A stretch of 64,000 nt of DNA from a virus. This document shows positions 20,156 to 30,644 of the stretch, in pieces. A program made the position numbers and the translations under genes. The first letter of the stretch is position 1; each line of letters starts with the position of its first letter. The notes under the pieces were generated by a model. That model was not told the origin of the DNA, searched no databases, and saw nothing but the letters and a program-made list of their open reading frames with translations. The stretch spans positions 32,001 through 96,000 of IMG/VR virus record IMGVR_UViG_3300011116_000922, one strand, 5' to 3'.

Positions 20156-20596
20156 ATGGAACAACCCAACGAACGATACATTGATCTTGAACCCAAAGAC
20201 CTACTGGAAGTAACAATTGCAAAGCCTGATGACTTCCTGAAGGTGCGTGAAACCCTGACCCGAATCGGGGTATCTTCTCGTAAAGAAAAGAAACTGTGGC
20301 AGTCCTGCCATATCCTGCACAAGCGCGGCAAATACTATATTGTCCACTTCAAGGAAATGTTTGCACTGGATGATCTGCCCACCTCTATTGACTCCGAGGA
20401 CATTGGACGGCGCAACACCATTGCGTGTCTGCTTGAGGAGTGGGGGCTGCTAAAGATCGTGGACAAGAACAGGATTGCAGACAAGGTTCCCCTCAACAAA
20501 ATAAAGATCCTTCCCTATAAAGAAAAGGGAGAGTGGGAATTGTGTCCTAAATACCACATAGGACGCAGCAAGCCCGGTAGCAAATCAGAAGACTAA
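20156..20596 (+). CDS. regA: Translational repressor RegA
   Basis: DDFLKVRETLTRIG and QSCHILHKRGKYYIVHFKE. Confidence 0.97.
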   Translation: MEQPNERYIDLEPKDLLEVTIAKPDDFLKVRETLTRIGVSSRKEKKLWQSCHILHKRGKYYIVHFKEMFALDDLPTSIDSEDIGRRNTIACLLEEWGLLKIVDKNRIADKVPLNKIKILPYKEKGEWELCPKYHIGRSKPGSKSED

Positions 20597-20617
20597 ACTA
20601 AACAGGAGATATTCGTA

Positions 20618-21307
20618 ATGAGCCGACTAGTGATTAAGTTCCCAACGCGGAACCGCCCTGATAAATTCAAAGCCGTTTTCACCCGATACCAAACTTTCTT
20701 AAGCGGACAGCACGATGTTCGTTTCATCATCACGATGGACGAAGACGATGCCACCATGAACAACCCGGAAATGCACCAGTGGATTTCCACTCGCGCACGG
20801 AACGCACAGATTGAGTGCTTCTACGGGCAGTCCAAGAGCAAGATCGAAGCCTGTAATGCCAACCTAGAAGGCGTGGACGGCGATGTGCTGCTGCTTGCGT
20901 CTGATGACATGGTGCCCGTGCAGATGGGTTACGATGAGATTATCTTCAAGTGCTTTGAACACGCATTCCCTGATTTTGATGGTGCCATCAAGTTTTGGGA
21001 TGGGCTGCGCCCCAAGGAAGATCCCCTGATGACCTTGATGGTCATGGGGTTCCCCCTGTACAAGCGGTTTGGATATGTGTACAATCCTGAATACAAGTCC
21101 CTGTACTGCGACAACGAGCAGACACAGGTGTGTGCCGCGCTGAACAAGTTGCGCCGCTGCGACATGTGCATCGTGCAGCACCAGTGGAGTGGTGAGCCGT
21201 GGGACGAACTCCATGCAAGAAATGAGAACGCAGAAATGTACGGTGTGGACGGGGAGACATTCAAGAGGCGTGCTGCTAATAAATTTTACATGGAGAATGT
21301 AAAATGA
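20618..21307 (+). CDS. GT-A fold glycosyltransferase (GT2-like)
   Basis: KFPTRNRP start, LLASDDM (xDD motif), LYCDNE. Confidence 0.75.
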   Translation: MSRLVIKFPTRNRPDKFKAVFTRYQTFLSGQHDVRFIITMDEDDATMNNPEMHQWISTRARNAQIECFYGQSKSKIEACNANLEGVDGDVLLLASDDMVPVQMGYDEIIFKCFEHAFPDFDGAIKFWDGLRPKEDPLMTLMVMGFPLYKRFGYVYNPEYKSLYCDNEQTQVCAALNKLRRCDMCIVQHQWSGEPWDELHARNENAEMYGVDGETFKRRAANKFYMENVK

Positions 21308-21945
21308 AAACTATTAGACACTATTGCAACGAATCAATTTTTGAACAGCAACTGTTCACCTATCCAAATTTGTATAGAGCAATGGTTCAACATTTTGGAA
21401 CCGGAAGTCATTTCGTGGAAATTGGATGCTGGAAAGGACAATCTGCTTCTTTCATGGCAGTAGAAATACACAATTCAAGAAAAAAAATCAAGTTCGACTG
21501 TGTGGATCATTGGTCTGATGGAGAGGGATGTCCGAATCCAACATGGATGCCCACTGATAAAACACTGTTTGAGGTTTTTTTGAGTAATACGGAAAGGGTA
21601 AACCATATCATAACTCCAGTGCGGATGCGGTCTACGGATGCTGCAAACAAATATTGGGACAACTCTCTTGATTTTGTGTTTATTGATGGCGATCATTCCT
21701 ACGAAGCATGTAAGGAAGATATACTTGCATGGCTTCCAAAAATGAAAACCGGATCCATTTTGGCAGGACATGATTACGGATGGTGTCCTGAAGTCCAAAA
21801 TGCGGTTCACGATGTTTTGGGAGAAAGAATTGAAAAAATTGAAGACCAACACGGTGTTCGATACAAGTCCTATAGCGATCCGTGGGGAGAAGGCTGTTGG
21901 ATGGTTCAAGTAACTAGGAGCGAAAATGCCAGTACCAGCAAGTGA
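21304..21945 (+). CDS. Class I SAM methyltransferase (Methyltransf_24-like)
   Basis: VEIGCWKGQS, FVFIDGDHSY and ILAGHDY. Confidence 0.85.
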   Translation: MKTIRHYCNESIFEQQLFTYPNLYRAMVQHFGTGSHFVEIGCWKGQSASFMAVEIHNSRKKIKFDCVDHWSDGEGCPNPTWMPTDKTLFEVFLSNTERVNHIITPVRMRSTDAANKYWDNSLDFVFIDGDHSYEACKEDILAWLPKMKTGSILAGHDYGWCPEVQNAVHDVLGERIEKIEDQHGVRYKSYSDPWGEGCWMVQVTRSENASTSK

Positions 21946-22567
21946 AATTCTTTTAAGCATTCTTATTCTGTCTATTCCGTCCCGAATTGAAAAAGCCTGT
22001 AATCTAATCAAGACACTTGAGGGGCAGTTGGGAGATCGGCGGTCGGTTGAGATCCTGATGTTCAACGACAACCGTTCGCAGACCATTTCCGAAAAGCGGA
22101 ATGTGCTGCTCCATGCTGCCCGTGGACAGTTCGTTTGCTTCTTGGACGATGATGATCGTGTATCAACGGATTACATCGACCAGTTGCTGACGGCAATTGC
22201 TTCGGCTCCAAAGGTGGACTGCATTTCATTTAATCAGTTCTGCTCCATTGACGGCGAACCCATGAATGTGGAATTTGGCATGGGAAATCCTCACGGAATT
22301 CTGTGGCGCGATCCCGAAAACGGTGGTATGTTGGGAGACATTAAGCGTCCTCCGTATCATATGTGCGTGTTCCGCCGTGAAATCGCACAGAGCGAGGACT
22401 TTAATCCCATGACCGGAAAGAACGGGCAGTCCCACGGAGAGGACTTTGATTGGCTTATGCGGCTGTATCCCAAGATTCAGACGGAGCATCACATTGATGC
22501 GCCTCTCCACAATTATGTTTACGATTCCAAGACAACCACTTCACTAGTACCACAGGGAAACACATGA
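21926..22567 (+). CDS. Glycosyltransferase family 2
   Basis: LSILI.SI, KRN.L...ARG, FLDDDD and GED..W. Confidence 0.85.
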   Translation: MPVPASEILLSILILSIPSRIEKACNLIKTLEGQLGDRRSVEILMFNDNRSQTISEKRNVLLHAARGQFVCFLDDDDRVSTDYIDQLLTAIASAPKVDCISFNQFCSIDGEPMNVEFGMGNPHGILWRDPENGGMLGDIKRPPYHMCVFRREIAQSEDFNPMTGKNGQSHGEDFDWLMRLYPKIQTEHHIDAPLHNYVYDSKTTTSLVPQGNT

Positions 22568-23277
22568 AGATTCTTCTAAATTATGCAAGCGGTGACAAGT
22601 TCAAGCACTCTCAAGTTCACAACAGCCAATCAGGGCTAGCAGCAGGATTCAATGTCATCTATCAGATGAGCGATGGCGACATTGACCGCAACTTCAAGAC
22701 CGAAAACCAAGGCATCCTGAAGGAGCGGCGCGGCGTGGGATACTGGCTGTGGAAGCCGTATTTCGTGGATCGTCTTATTTGGACAATGAGCGAAACCGAT
22801 GTACTGTTCTATGCGGATGCAGGATCGTATTTCGTGAAGCGCATGGATCCAATTTTTGAGGCTATTCAAAAGGACAGCAACGGCGTACTGGCATTCAATA
22901 TGTCCGGTGGGCACACCGAAAAGCACTGGACAAAGCGGGATGTGTTCCGTACCATTGGGGCAGAGACTCCCGACTACACCGATACTCCGCAGCGCATGGC
23001 AAGTTTCATGGTGTTCCGTGGAACTGCATTTGCAAAGGCACTGGTTCGTGAGTATTTGAATCTGTGCTGCAACCCCCATCTTGTAACGGATGATCCCAAT
23101 GTGGACGGATGGGTGGAACCGGGATTCCAAGACAACCGACACGATCAATCTATTTGGAGTGTCTTGACAAAGAAGCACCGGGTTGCTACACTACCTGACC
23201 CCACACAATGGGGGCTGCACCACAAGGAAACCACCGAAGCCGATGTGTTCATCAACCACACGCGAGATCCCCGATGA
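22564..23277 (+). CDS. Putative GT-A glycosyltransferase
   Basis: GYWLWKP, FYADAG and RHDQS motifs; island context. Confidence 0.6.
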   Translation: MKILLNYASGDKFKHSQVHNSQSGLAAGFNVIYQMSDGDIDRNFKTENQGILKERRGVGYWLWKPYFVDRLIWTMSETDVLFYADAGSYFVKRMDPIFEAIQKDSNGVLAFNMSGGHTEKHWTKRDVFRTIGAETPDYTDTPQRMASFMVFRGTAFAKALVREYLNLCCNPHLVTDDPNVDGWVEPGFQDNRHDQSIWSVLTKKHRVATLPDPTQWGLHHKETTEADVFINHTRDPR

Positions 23278-24074
23278 AGATTGAAAAAGTCATTGTATCA
23301 ACGAATTCCAATCCGCTGTACTTTGACTTTTGGAAATCGTTTTCGTATGTGTGGAAGGAAAAGATGGGAGCCGATCCCGTCCTGATATACATCGACAAGG
23401 ATCCCCATGCTGCACAGATTGATGATCGGTGGGGTGAGGTAATCCGCGTAAAGACCGTGGATGGAGTTCCCGAATATCTGCAAACCCAGTGGTCGCGTTT
23501 TTTCTTTGCTCGTAATTTTCCTGATGCAGTCTGCATGACCAGTGATATTGATATGTACCCGCTGAACAAGCCTTACTTCATGGATGAGTTCAGTCTTGAC
23601 GGAAACTGGCATCTGCACTTGAACGGAAACGGAGTAACAGGAAAATACGATGATTGGATTACAGGAAAGTGCAATTTGACGGTTTGCTATCATGTGAATT
23701 ACGGAAAGCAGTTTCCTGCGATATTTGACATGGCAGACTCTTGGGAAGACGAGATCCGCAGACTCCATGCCATGAATCTAGGCAAGGATCAGTCACAGTG
23801 GGCAGAACACCTCAAGGGTATGGACAACTGGGGAGCAGAAGAAGACTACAGCACAGCAGTTCTTCGGAAAAAGGGTTCGGAGAATGCGCTCAAGGTGTAT
23901 GCCAAGGGGCTGTACGGACACCGATTTGATCGTTCATCGTGGGAGATATGCAGACAGGCAATGGACTCGCACAGGTTCGTTGACTGCCACTCTCTTCGTC
24001 CATTCGGGCAGAACCGAGATAAAATTCTAGAAGTGCTGTCCCACCATCACGGAGAACTAGATGATTCCATCTGA
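23274..24074 (+). CDS. Putative GT-A glycosyltransferase
   Basis: TSDIDM (DxD), WGAEE and DCHSLRP; island context. Confidence 0.5.
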   Translation: MKIEKVIVSTNSNPLYFDFWKSFSYVWKEKMGADPVLIYIDKDPHAAQIDDRWGEVIRVKTVDGVPEYLQTQWSRFFFARNFPDAVCMTSDIDMYPLNKPYFMDEFSLDGNWHLHLNGNGVTGKYDDWITGKCNLTVCYHVNYGKQFPAIFDMADSWEDEIRRLHAMNLGKDQSQWAEHLKGMDNWGAEEDYSTAVLRKKGSENALKVYAKGLYGHRFDRSSWEICRQAMDSHRFVDCHSLRPFGQNRDKILEVLSHHHGELDDSI

Positions 24075-24879
24075 CCAAATAATCAGCGGACAGAATCTTG
24101 CTGCAAAGTGCGACTATGTGTTCGCGCAAATGTGGGACACCGGATCAGGAGCAGTTCCAATTTTTGCAAAGTATGCTCCTGCTTTCAAGGGTGGAGAATT
24201 AGTGTTTTGCAAGACGGACTACATTGTTGCCCTGCACGATGTAGTGAAGGAATGTGTTCCTAGAGATGTGCCGTTCACTGTTCTGACTCACGACAGCGAC
24301 TATCCCGTTACCCAAGACATGACACAACTGTTTGCAGACAGACCCGTGAAATGGTACGGCATGAACTGCTCCACGGAAACAGCGAATCCTGTGCCTATTG
24401 GAATTGCAAACACATACTGCAATCTCACCATGAAGGGCAAGGATTTCCAAGCAGCGTCCCCTTCTAGGCTTCTGTATGTAAACCACCGTACCGAAAACTT
24501 TCCGATGGAACGCGAGTGGCTGTATCCGTACTTTTCAGGAAAAACTTGGTGTACGGTGAAGCAGCCGTATCCCAAGGGAGAGATTGCACAATACAAGCAG
24601 GAACTATTGGATCACAAGTTTGTCTTGTGCCCCCGAGGAAACGGCGTGGATACGCATCGTCTTTGGGAAGCCTTGTATTGCGGGGTGATTCCGATAGTGA
24701 AACGCCACCGCACACATCGTCCACTGGAAGGCAATCTGCCTATCATGTTCGTGGATGATTACAAGGAAGTCACGGAAGACCTATTGACTCGCAAGTACGA
24801 TGAGTTTTCATCAACCGAATGGAAGCGAGATATGCTGACTGTATCGTGGTGGATAGACAACATGAAGAAAGGACTGTAA
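24061..24879 (+). CDS. Exostosin-like (GT47-type) glycosyltransferase
   Basis: KFVLCPRGNGVDTHRLWEALYCGVIPIV. Confidence 0.75.
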   Translation: MIPSDQIISGQNLAAKCDYVFAQMWDTGSGAVPIFAKYAPAFKGGELVFCKTDYIVALHDVVKECVPRDVPFTVLTHDSDYPVTQDMTQLFADRPVKWYGMNCSTETANPVPIGIANTYCNLTMKGKDFQAASPSRLLYVNHRTENFPMEREWLYPYFSGKTWCTVKQPYPKGEIAQYKQELLDHKFVLCPRGNGVDTHRLWEALYCGVIPIVKRHRTHRPLEGNLPIMFVDDYKEVTEDLLTRKYDEFSSTEWKRDMLTVSWWIDNMKKGL

Positions 24880-25571
24880 TGCACCTTAATATACTGAACA
24901 ACCAATACATCGAAGAACTGTACACAGAATATGTGATAAAGGAGTCTTCATACTTCCAACGATTTGAAGACCTGAACGCAGTATTGAGTCCACAGGAACT
25001 CGCTGCTTACAGTCGTATGGATCCACCGCGAGTGGTTTCCATAATTGACTTTAAGGAGTGGGTAAAAAAGTACGGCATAGATCAGGGAGAAAATCTGCTG
25101 TCAACTTGCCCATCGGATCCCGAACTCAAGTACATCAAGTACAAGAATGTCACGGGGGTATACTACCCTCCCCATGATCTTCATACATTCGATGTCCCAA
25201 AGAAGGACAATGATTTTGCAATCTTCAATCAGACCATTGAGCATCTGCACACTCCGATTTTGGCAATCAATCGTATTCGTGAACACCTGAAGGACGGAGG
25301 GTATGTGTATACCACCGTGCCAACCATAAACATTCCACACCTGACACCCATTCACTTCAATGGGCTGACTCCAACTGGTCTTTGTGCCCTGATGGAGTCT
25401 TGCGGATTTGAGGTGTGTGAGTGCGGTTACTGGGGCAACAAGAAGTATATCGACTACATCTTTACGCATGGAGATTGGCCAAACTACAAACAAGTTCTTG
25501 ACGAGAGCGGAAAGTTGAAGTATGATCCGGTGTGTCAGGCACAAACATGGGTTCTAGCAAAGAAGGTATAA
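24879..25571 (+). CDS. Methyltransferase-like protein
   Basis: NQTIEHL.TP....IREHLKDGGYVY..VP; the Gly-rich motif I is not evident. Confidence 0.6.
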   Translation: MHLNILNNQYIEELYTEYVIKESSYFQRFEDLNAVLSPQELAAYSRMDPPRVVSIIDFKEWVKKYGIDQGENLLSTCPSDPELKYIKYKNVTGVYYPPHDLHTFDVPKKDNDFAIFNQTIEHLHTPILAINRIREHLKDGGYVYTTVPTINIPHLTPIHFNGLTPTGLCALMESCGFEVCECGYWGNKKYIDYIFTHGDWPNYKQVLDESGKLKYDPVCQAQTWVLAKKV

Positions 25572-25572
25572 T

Positions 25573-26274
25573 ATGCCAGTAGACATAAAAACAACCATTC
25601 TCCATTACAAGCCCCTTGCAGATCGTAAGGAAAACATGATCCGGCAGATGGAAAGGCACGACTTTACGGACTATTCTTTCTATGAAGAGTTTGACGGAAA
25701 CGAACTAGACGAAACCGTAATCCGGGCACACTATTCCGATGTTCGTGAGTTTGGAGAAGAAACTCAACACAAGGCATCTGTTTATGAGCGTTTGATTCCC
25801 GGTAGTAGCAAAACCGTGAACCCGTTGACTATGGGAGAGATATCTATTGCTACGAAGTTCGGAAAAGTATTTGAAAAATTGAGTCTGTCGGATGGAGATT
25901 ACTTTTTGATATTTGAAGATGATGTCATCCTTTGTCAGAATTTTGAAACGAACTTGACAAATTTTCTAAACGCCACACCAAATGATTGGGATGCCATCTA
26001 TTTTGGTAGCGGGGCAAATATGAAGCCTAGATCCATCAAAGACGGATGTGTTGCTTATTTGACAGATCATCCTGCTTCGCGGTGTGCGGATTCCATACTG
26101 ATAAAAAAGTCCGCTATTACTGATTTGGCTAAAACATGGTTTCCGTTTCATCTGCCTGCTGATTGGGAACTGGGATATCAACATTTTTTGCATAATCATC
26201 GTGTGTATTGGTGGGAACCTAGCCTGACTCGTCAAGGTTCGGAATATGGAATTTTCAAGAGTTCTTTGAGGTAA
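25573..26274 (+). CDS. GT25-like glycosyltransferase
   Basis: DRKENM, LTMGEISI, LIFEDD and PAD. Confidence 0.75.
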   Translation: MPVDIKTTILHYKPLADRKENMIRQMERHDFTDYSFYEEFDGNELDETVIRAHYSDVREFGEETQHKASVYERLIPGSSKTVNPLTMGEISIATKFGKVFEKLSLSDGDYFLIFEDDVILCQNFETNLTNFLNATPNDWDAIYFGSGANMKPRSIKDGCVAYLTDHPASRCADSILIKKSAITDLAKTWFPFHLPADWELGYQHFLHNHRVYWWEPSLTRQGSEYGIFKSSLR

Positions 26275-26276
26275 GT

Positions 26277-27194
26277 ATGAGTAAGCCTAAAATCAAACTG
26301 TGGTTTTCTGACATGTGGGGATACGATGAGTTCCAGTTCAACCCAATGGACAATTATTTCACGGATCTATTTTCCGCGAAGTACGATGTGGTGCTAGACG
26401 AACATTCCCCCGATCTTCTTGTATACAGTTGTTTTTCTCGAAATCATCTTAAGTACAATGGTAGATGCAAGAAACTGTTTTATTCGGGAGAAAACATCAC
26501 CCCCGCAAGCGATCCCCATCGCAAGGTAAATCCTGATTTCAACGAGTGTGATCTTTTCATGGGAAAATTTCCAACGGATGATCGCTGCTACTACCACCCG
26601 CTTTGGGTTTTGTTTGTGAATTGGTTTAATAAGACGCAGCCAAGATCGTATCCTAGTAATCCCACCTTCCATGTTGAAGCGGATTCTCTTTTGGTGGAAC
26701 GACCCTATACACCAAAGAGCAAGTTCTGCTGCTTCATCAACAATAATCCAATAGAAGATCGGGTAAACCTATTCAATGGGTTGCATTCATATAAACATGT
26801 TGACAGTTACGGTTACCTGTATAACAATGTTGGATATGCATTACGGGGATCGGAAAAGGCAAAGATTGATGTTGTCAACCATTATAAATTCACCATTGCT
26901 TTTGAGAACAGTTTTTACCCCGGTTACATAACAGAAAAATTGGTTCAACCGTATTCGGTTGGTTCGATTCCTATCTACTCAGGTGGATTAGACGAAACCG
27001 TGTTCAACAAGAAGAGTATGGTGTATCGTGGAGACTACCAATCAATTCAAGATGTGATTGATGAAGTCAAGAAGATTGACCAAAACGATGATCTGTATCA
27101 GGAATACATGAGTGAGCCTTTGTTTAATGAAAACCGCATTCCCGATTGTTTCCGTCCCGAAAATGTATTGAAATGGATAGAGGAGAGACTATGA
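26277..27194 (+). CDS. GT10 alpha-1,3-fucosyltransferase-like
   Basis: YSGEN and the GT10 signature YKFTIAFENS..PGYITEK, IPIY. Confidence 0.88.
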   Translation: MSKPKIKLWFSDMWGYDEFQFNPMDNYFTDLFSAKYDVVLDEHSPDLLVYSCFSRNHLKYNGRCKKLFYSGENITPASDPHRKVNPDFNECDLFMGKFPTDDRCYYHPLWVLFVNWFNKTQPRSYPSNPTFHVEADSLLVERPYTPKSKFCCFINNNPIEDRVNLFNGLHSYKHVDSYGYLYNNVGYALRGSEKAKIDVVNHYKFTIAFENSFYPGYITEKLVQPYSVGSIPIYSGGLDETVFNKKSMVYRGDYQSIQDVIDEVKKIDQNDDLYQEYMSEPLFNENRIPDCFRPENVLKWIEERL

Positions 27195-27982
27195 AAATTT
27201 GTTTGATAAATCAGCCTGCCGGATTGGGAGACATTTTTTACACTCAAAGAATTGGACAGCACTTCCGTTCTTTGGGTTACGAGATAGTGTGGCCCGTAAT
27301 CAAAGCATACGATTGGCTATCCAATTACATGACTAGTGAGGGGACACATTTCTTTACGGAAGACTTGCCTTTTGTTGGCATGGAACTGTATCACGGCAGA
27401 AGCCGGGAGTTGATCTTGACCGACTCCTTCTGTTACATACCACTGCGTTTTGCTAGTTTTCATCCCAACGCAGCAGGCTTGGAAATACTGGAAGCCAAAT
27501 ACGGTATGCTTAATATGCTTCCCGAAGCAAGTCGATGGGAGGAATCGTTCACATTCAAGAGGAATAGCGAAAAGGAAAAGAGCCTGTTCTATAATGTGCT
27601 TGGCTTGAAAGACGGAGAAGATTTCATCTTCAGCAACAGTTGGATTGGTTCTCCCGATGGTTTGAATATGCAGAGATTGGGACATGTCAATTTTGACAAC
27701 AAGGGAATCCGAGTAGTTGAGCATGATGCATTTATTGGTGGTGGAATAGGAACATATACGATATTTGATTGGTCTTTGGTTCTTGAACGAGCCAAGCAGA
27801 TACACACGCCAAATACCGGAATGTGCTTTCTCATAGACAGACTTGACACGCAGGCTGATAAAGAACACAAGTTCATGTATCACCGCGACAAGAACAACAG
27901 TCAGGGAAACAGCATAAACGATAATTGGAACTACACAAAGAACAGTTTGAACCCATCCAAGTGGACTTACATGGATAACTAA
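27191..27982 (+). CDS. Putative GT-B glycosyltransferase
   Basis: N-terminal GLGDIF motif and IFDW..VLE.A..IH; island context. Confidence 0.5.
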   Translation: MKICLINQPAGLGDIFYTQRIGQHFRSLGYEIVWPVIKAYDWLSNYMTSEGTHFFTEDLPFVGMELYHGRSRELILTDSFCYIPLRFASFHPNAAGLEILEAKYGMLNMLPEASRWEESFTFKRNSEKEKSLFYNVLGLKDGEDFIFSNSWIGSPDGLNMQRLGHVNFDNKGIRVVEHDAFIGGGIGTYTIFDWSLVLERAKQIHTPNTGMCFLIDRLDTQADKEHKFMYHRDKNNSQGNSINDNWNYTKNSLNPSKWTYMDN

Positions 27983-27983
27983 A

Positions 27984-28221
27984 ATGAATCATCTAGACAT
28001 AAACAACGAGTTGGGAACCATCAGAATCATAAACAGCAGCATCAATGAAGATGTCTGTATATGGAAGCATCGGGCATTTGAAAAATCAAAGGGATCCCAT
28101 ACTATATTTGTGGAAATCCGAAATCGAATCTATCATAAAGCAAATCAATCCCGACTACATAATCTCATACGAACCTACTCCTCATCACCCTGAAGAGATA
28201 CTGGTCGCAAAGATTCCTTGA
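27984..28221 (+). pseudogene. Probable degraded or frameshifted gene remnant
   Basis: 69-aa ORF overlapped by a +1 frame ending WKSEIESIIKQINPDYIISYE...ILVAKIP* at 28221. Confidence 0.35.
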
Positions 28222-28241
28222 ACTCTAGTGAGGTTTTAACC

Positions 28242-29465
28242 ATGAAAGAATTGTTTAGTCTTGGAAACTTGTATGTCTCTGATTTTCTTAAAGACACCGA
28301 GTCTCCCCGTGGAGAAAGAACAGAACTCAAGTTGATGCTTGAGCCGGAAACGGGTGCTGTCCGATTAGAACAGGCAGCACCACTAGATGTGATGTACGGA
28401 AAGTATTGGTATCGTTCCGGTATAAATTCTTCAATGAGAAACGAATTGAAGTCCATCGTTGACTCCATTCTTCCTCTTATGAATTTCAAGGAGAACAATC
28501 TGTGGCTAGACATAGCATCTAACGATGGAACTCTGTTGAGTTATGTCCCGAAGACTTTTATCAGGATGGGAATAGATCCGGTTGAAGACACATTCGTGAC
28601 GGAAGCCAAGCAACATGCAGATGACATTGTTCAGGACTACTTTACCGAAGCAGCATTCCGGTCATCTAGATTTGGAAATCTGAAGGCAAAGGTAGTTACA
28701 TCTATTGCGATGTTTTATGATTTGGAAAATCCCAAGTCATTCATTTCTGATGTGATGAATGTGATGGACGACAACGGAATTTGGGTTCTTCAGTTGTCGT
28801 ATACTCCACTTATGATTAAGCAACTGGCTTTCGATAACATCTGCCATGAACACATCTATTACTACTCGCTGTTCAACATCAAGAAGATGTTTGAAGAGAT
28901 GGGTCTTAAGATAATGGATGTTCAACTGAATGACACCAATGGAGGATCGTTCAGAATCTATGCCATGAAGCAGAAGGCTGATTCGGGTGTATTCTCCACG
29001 CAACCATATCGTGATGTGTGTGAATTCAGAATCAACTCTCTGCTAGAATACGAGAAGAGTTTGAACCTAGATTCCGTAGAGACATGGAATGGGTTCTATG
29101 AGCGCATCAATTCTCTGAAGGAATCGTTGGTCGGATTTATCAAGCAAGAGAAGAGCAAGGGAAAGAAGATATGGGGCTACGGTGCGTCCACGAAGGGAAA
29201 CACCCTGCTCCAATATTTTGGCTTGGATCACACCCTTGTTGATGGTATTGCGGAGAGAAGCGTTTATAAGTTTGGACTTAAGACCGTAGGAACAAATATA
29301 CCGATTTACTCCGAAGATGAGATGAGAGCGGCAAAGCCGGACTATCTACTTGTGCTGCCTTGGCACTTCATCAACGAATTTATTTCAAGGGAAGATGAGT
29401 ACCTCAAGTCCGGTGGAAAGTTGATTGTTCCCTGCCCGGAATTCAAAGTGATCTCTTTGTATTGA
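28242..29465 (+). CDS. NDP-sugar C-methyltransferase
   Basis: LDIASNDGTLL, SIAMFYD, FDNICHEH..YYS, YGASTKGNTLL and PDYLLVLPWHF. Confidence 0.88.
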   Translation: MKELFSLGNLYVSDFLKDTESPRGERTELKLMLEPETGAVRLEQAAPLDVMYGKYWYRSGINSSMRNELKSIVDSILPLMNFKENNLWLDIASNDGTLLSYVPKTFIRMGIDPVEDTFVTEAKQHADDIVQDYFTEAAFRSSRFGNLKAKVVTSIAMFYDLENPKSFISDVMNVMDDNGIWVLQLSYTPLMIKQLAFDNICHEHIYYYSLFNIKKMFEEMGLKIMDVQLNDTNGGSFRIYAMKQKADSGVFSTQPYRDVCEFRINSLLEYEKSLNLDSVETWNGFYERINSLKESLVGFIKQEKSKGKKIWGYGASTKGNTLLQYFGLDHTLVDGIAERSVYKFGLKTVGTNIPIYSEDEMRAAKPDYLLVLPWHFINEFISREDEYLKSGGKLIVPCPEFKVISLY

Positions 29466-29474
29466 AAGGACTAT

Positions 29475-29726
29475 ATGGAAACCATTGGAAATCTTGTAGA
29501 CAAGTTGAGTATCGTGAACATCCGTGTTTGGATGGAAGAAAACAAGAAGAGAGACAAGACCGCAACAGACAAGCAAATTGCAGATGCTACCCGTGTCACC
29601 AACATCTGCAATCAGCAGCGGAACGATCTGATTCAGCAGATTGATGAAACCATCAATCATCTGTTGCAGACCGGAAAACTTCAAAAGTTGTACGGTCAGG
29701 GTTCAACCAAAAACTACGAGGGCTAA
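29475..29726 (+). CDS. Small helical protein (DUF4254-like)
   Basis: ETIGNLVDKLSI...RNDLIQQID; AAGGA RBS. Confidence 0.6.
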   Translation: METIGNLVDKLSIVNIRVWMEENKKRDKTATDKQIADATRVTNICNQQRNDLIQQIDETINHLLQTGKLQKLYGQGSTKNYEG

Positions 29727-29729
29727 ATC

Positions 29730-30644
29730 ATGGCTACACTCATAACAGGAGGAAGTGGTCTACTGGGATCTCACTTTTCTTGGGGGCTTAAGCCAACTAG
29801 AAAAGAGTTGGATCTGTTGGATTACGCTTCATTGGCTGATTACATCAAGAAAAACGATGTCACCAAGATAATACACTCTGCGGCTATAGTTGGTGGTGTT
29901 CATGCAAATACCAGTTTGATTTGTGATTTCTTTTTGGGAAATCTTGAAATGAATTCCAATGTGCTAAAGGCTTGCCGGGAATTCAAGTTGAATAACAGTG
30001 TGTTTATACTGTCAACATGTGTGTTTCCATCAGAGGCTGTTCTGCCTATCAGAGAATCGGTGATTCACGATGGAGAACCCCATCACACAAACTATGGATA
30101 TGCATACGCAAAGAGGATGCTTGAGGTCGGATCTAGAGTGTTGAAGCAGCAATACGGAGTCAATACCACTTGCTTGATACCAACAAATCTGTACGGAGAA
30201 AACGACAACCACGATCTTATGAACGGGCATCTCATTCCTAGCCTAATCCACAAGTGCTATTTGGCAAAGAAAAACAATACCGATTTTATAATTTGGGGTG
30301 ATGGAACTCCTCTTCGTGAAATAATCTATGCGGGAGATGTTGTCAGAATAATAGAACACATCAGCGAAGGACAAAATCGTGGAGTGGAATATCCGCGCAT
30401 GATTATTGTTTCTTCTTCGGTTGAGCATTCCACTAGGCAGGTAGCCGAACTCATAGCCAAGAAGATGGGATTTACTGGAAATATAGTTTTCGACACCACT
30501 CGCCCTAACGGTGCCCACAAAAAGACTTCAGACAATAGCGTACTGAGGCAGCACTTCCCGGAATTCACATGGACGGAATTGGAAAAGGGTATAGAGTTGT
30601 CCATAAACCACTTCATAAACAACTATCCGAATGTTAGAAAATGA
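29730..30644 (+). CDS. fcl: GDP-L-fucose synthase (epimerase/reductase)
   Basis: TGGSGLLG, AAIVGG, LSTC, YAYAK, NLYG..D, GHLIP and WGDGTPLRE. Confidence 0.88.
   Translation: MATLITGGSGLLGSHFSWGLKPTRKELDLLDYASLADYIKKNDVTKIIHSAAIVGGVHANTSLICDFFLGNLEMNSNVLKACREFKLNNSVFILSTCVFPSEAVLPIRESVIHDGEPHHTNYGYAYAKRMLEVGSRVLKQQYGVNTTCLIPTNLYGENDNHDLMNGHLIPSLIHKCYLAKKNNTDFIIWGDGTPLREIIYAGDVVRIIEHISEGQNRGVEYPRMIIVSSSVEHSTRQVAELIAKKMGFTGNIVFDTTRPNGAHKKTSDNSVLRQHFPEFTWTELEKGIELSINHFINNYPNVRK

Noticed and set aside
29462-29644. 60-aa ORF overlapping 29475-29726
   Set aside because: The alternative frame has an RBS and a recognisable family pattern; this one has neither
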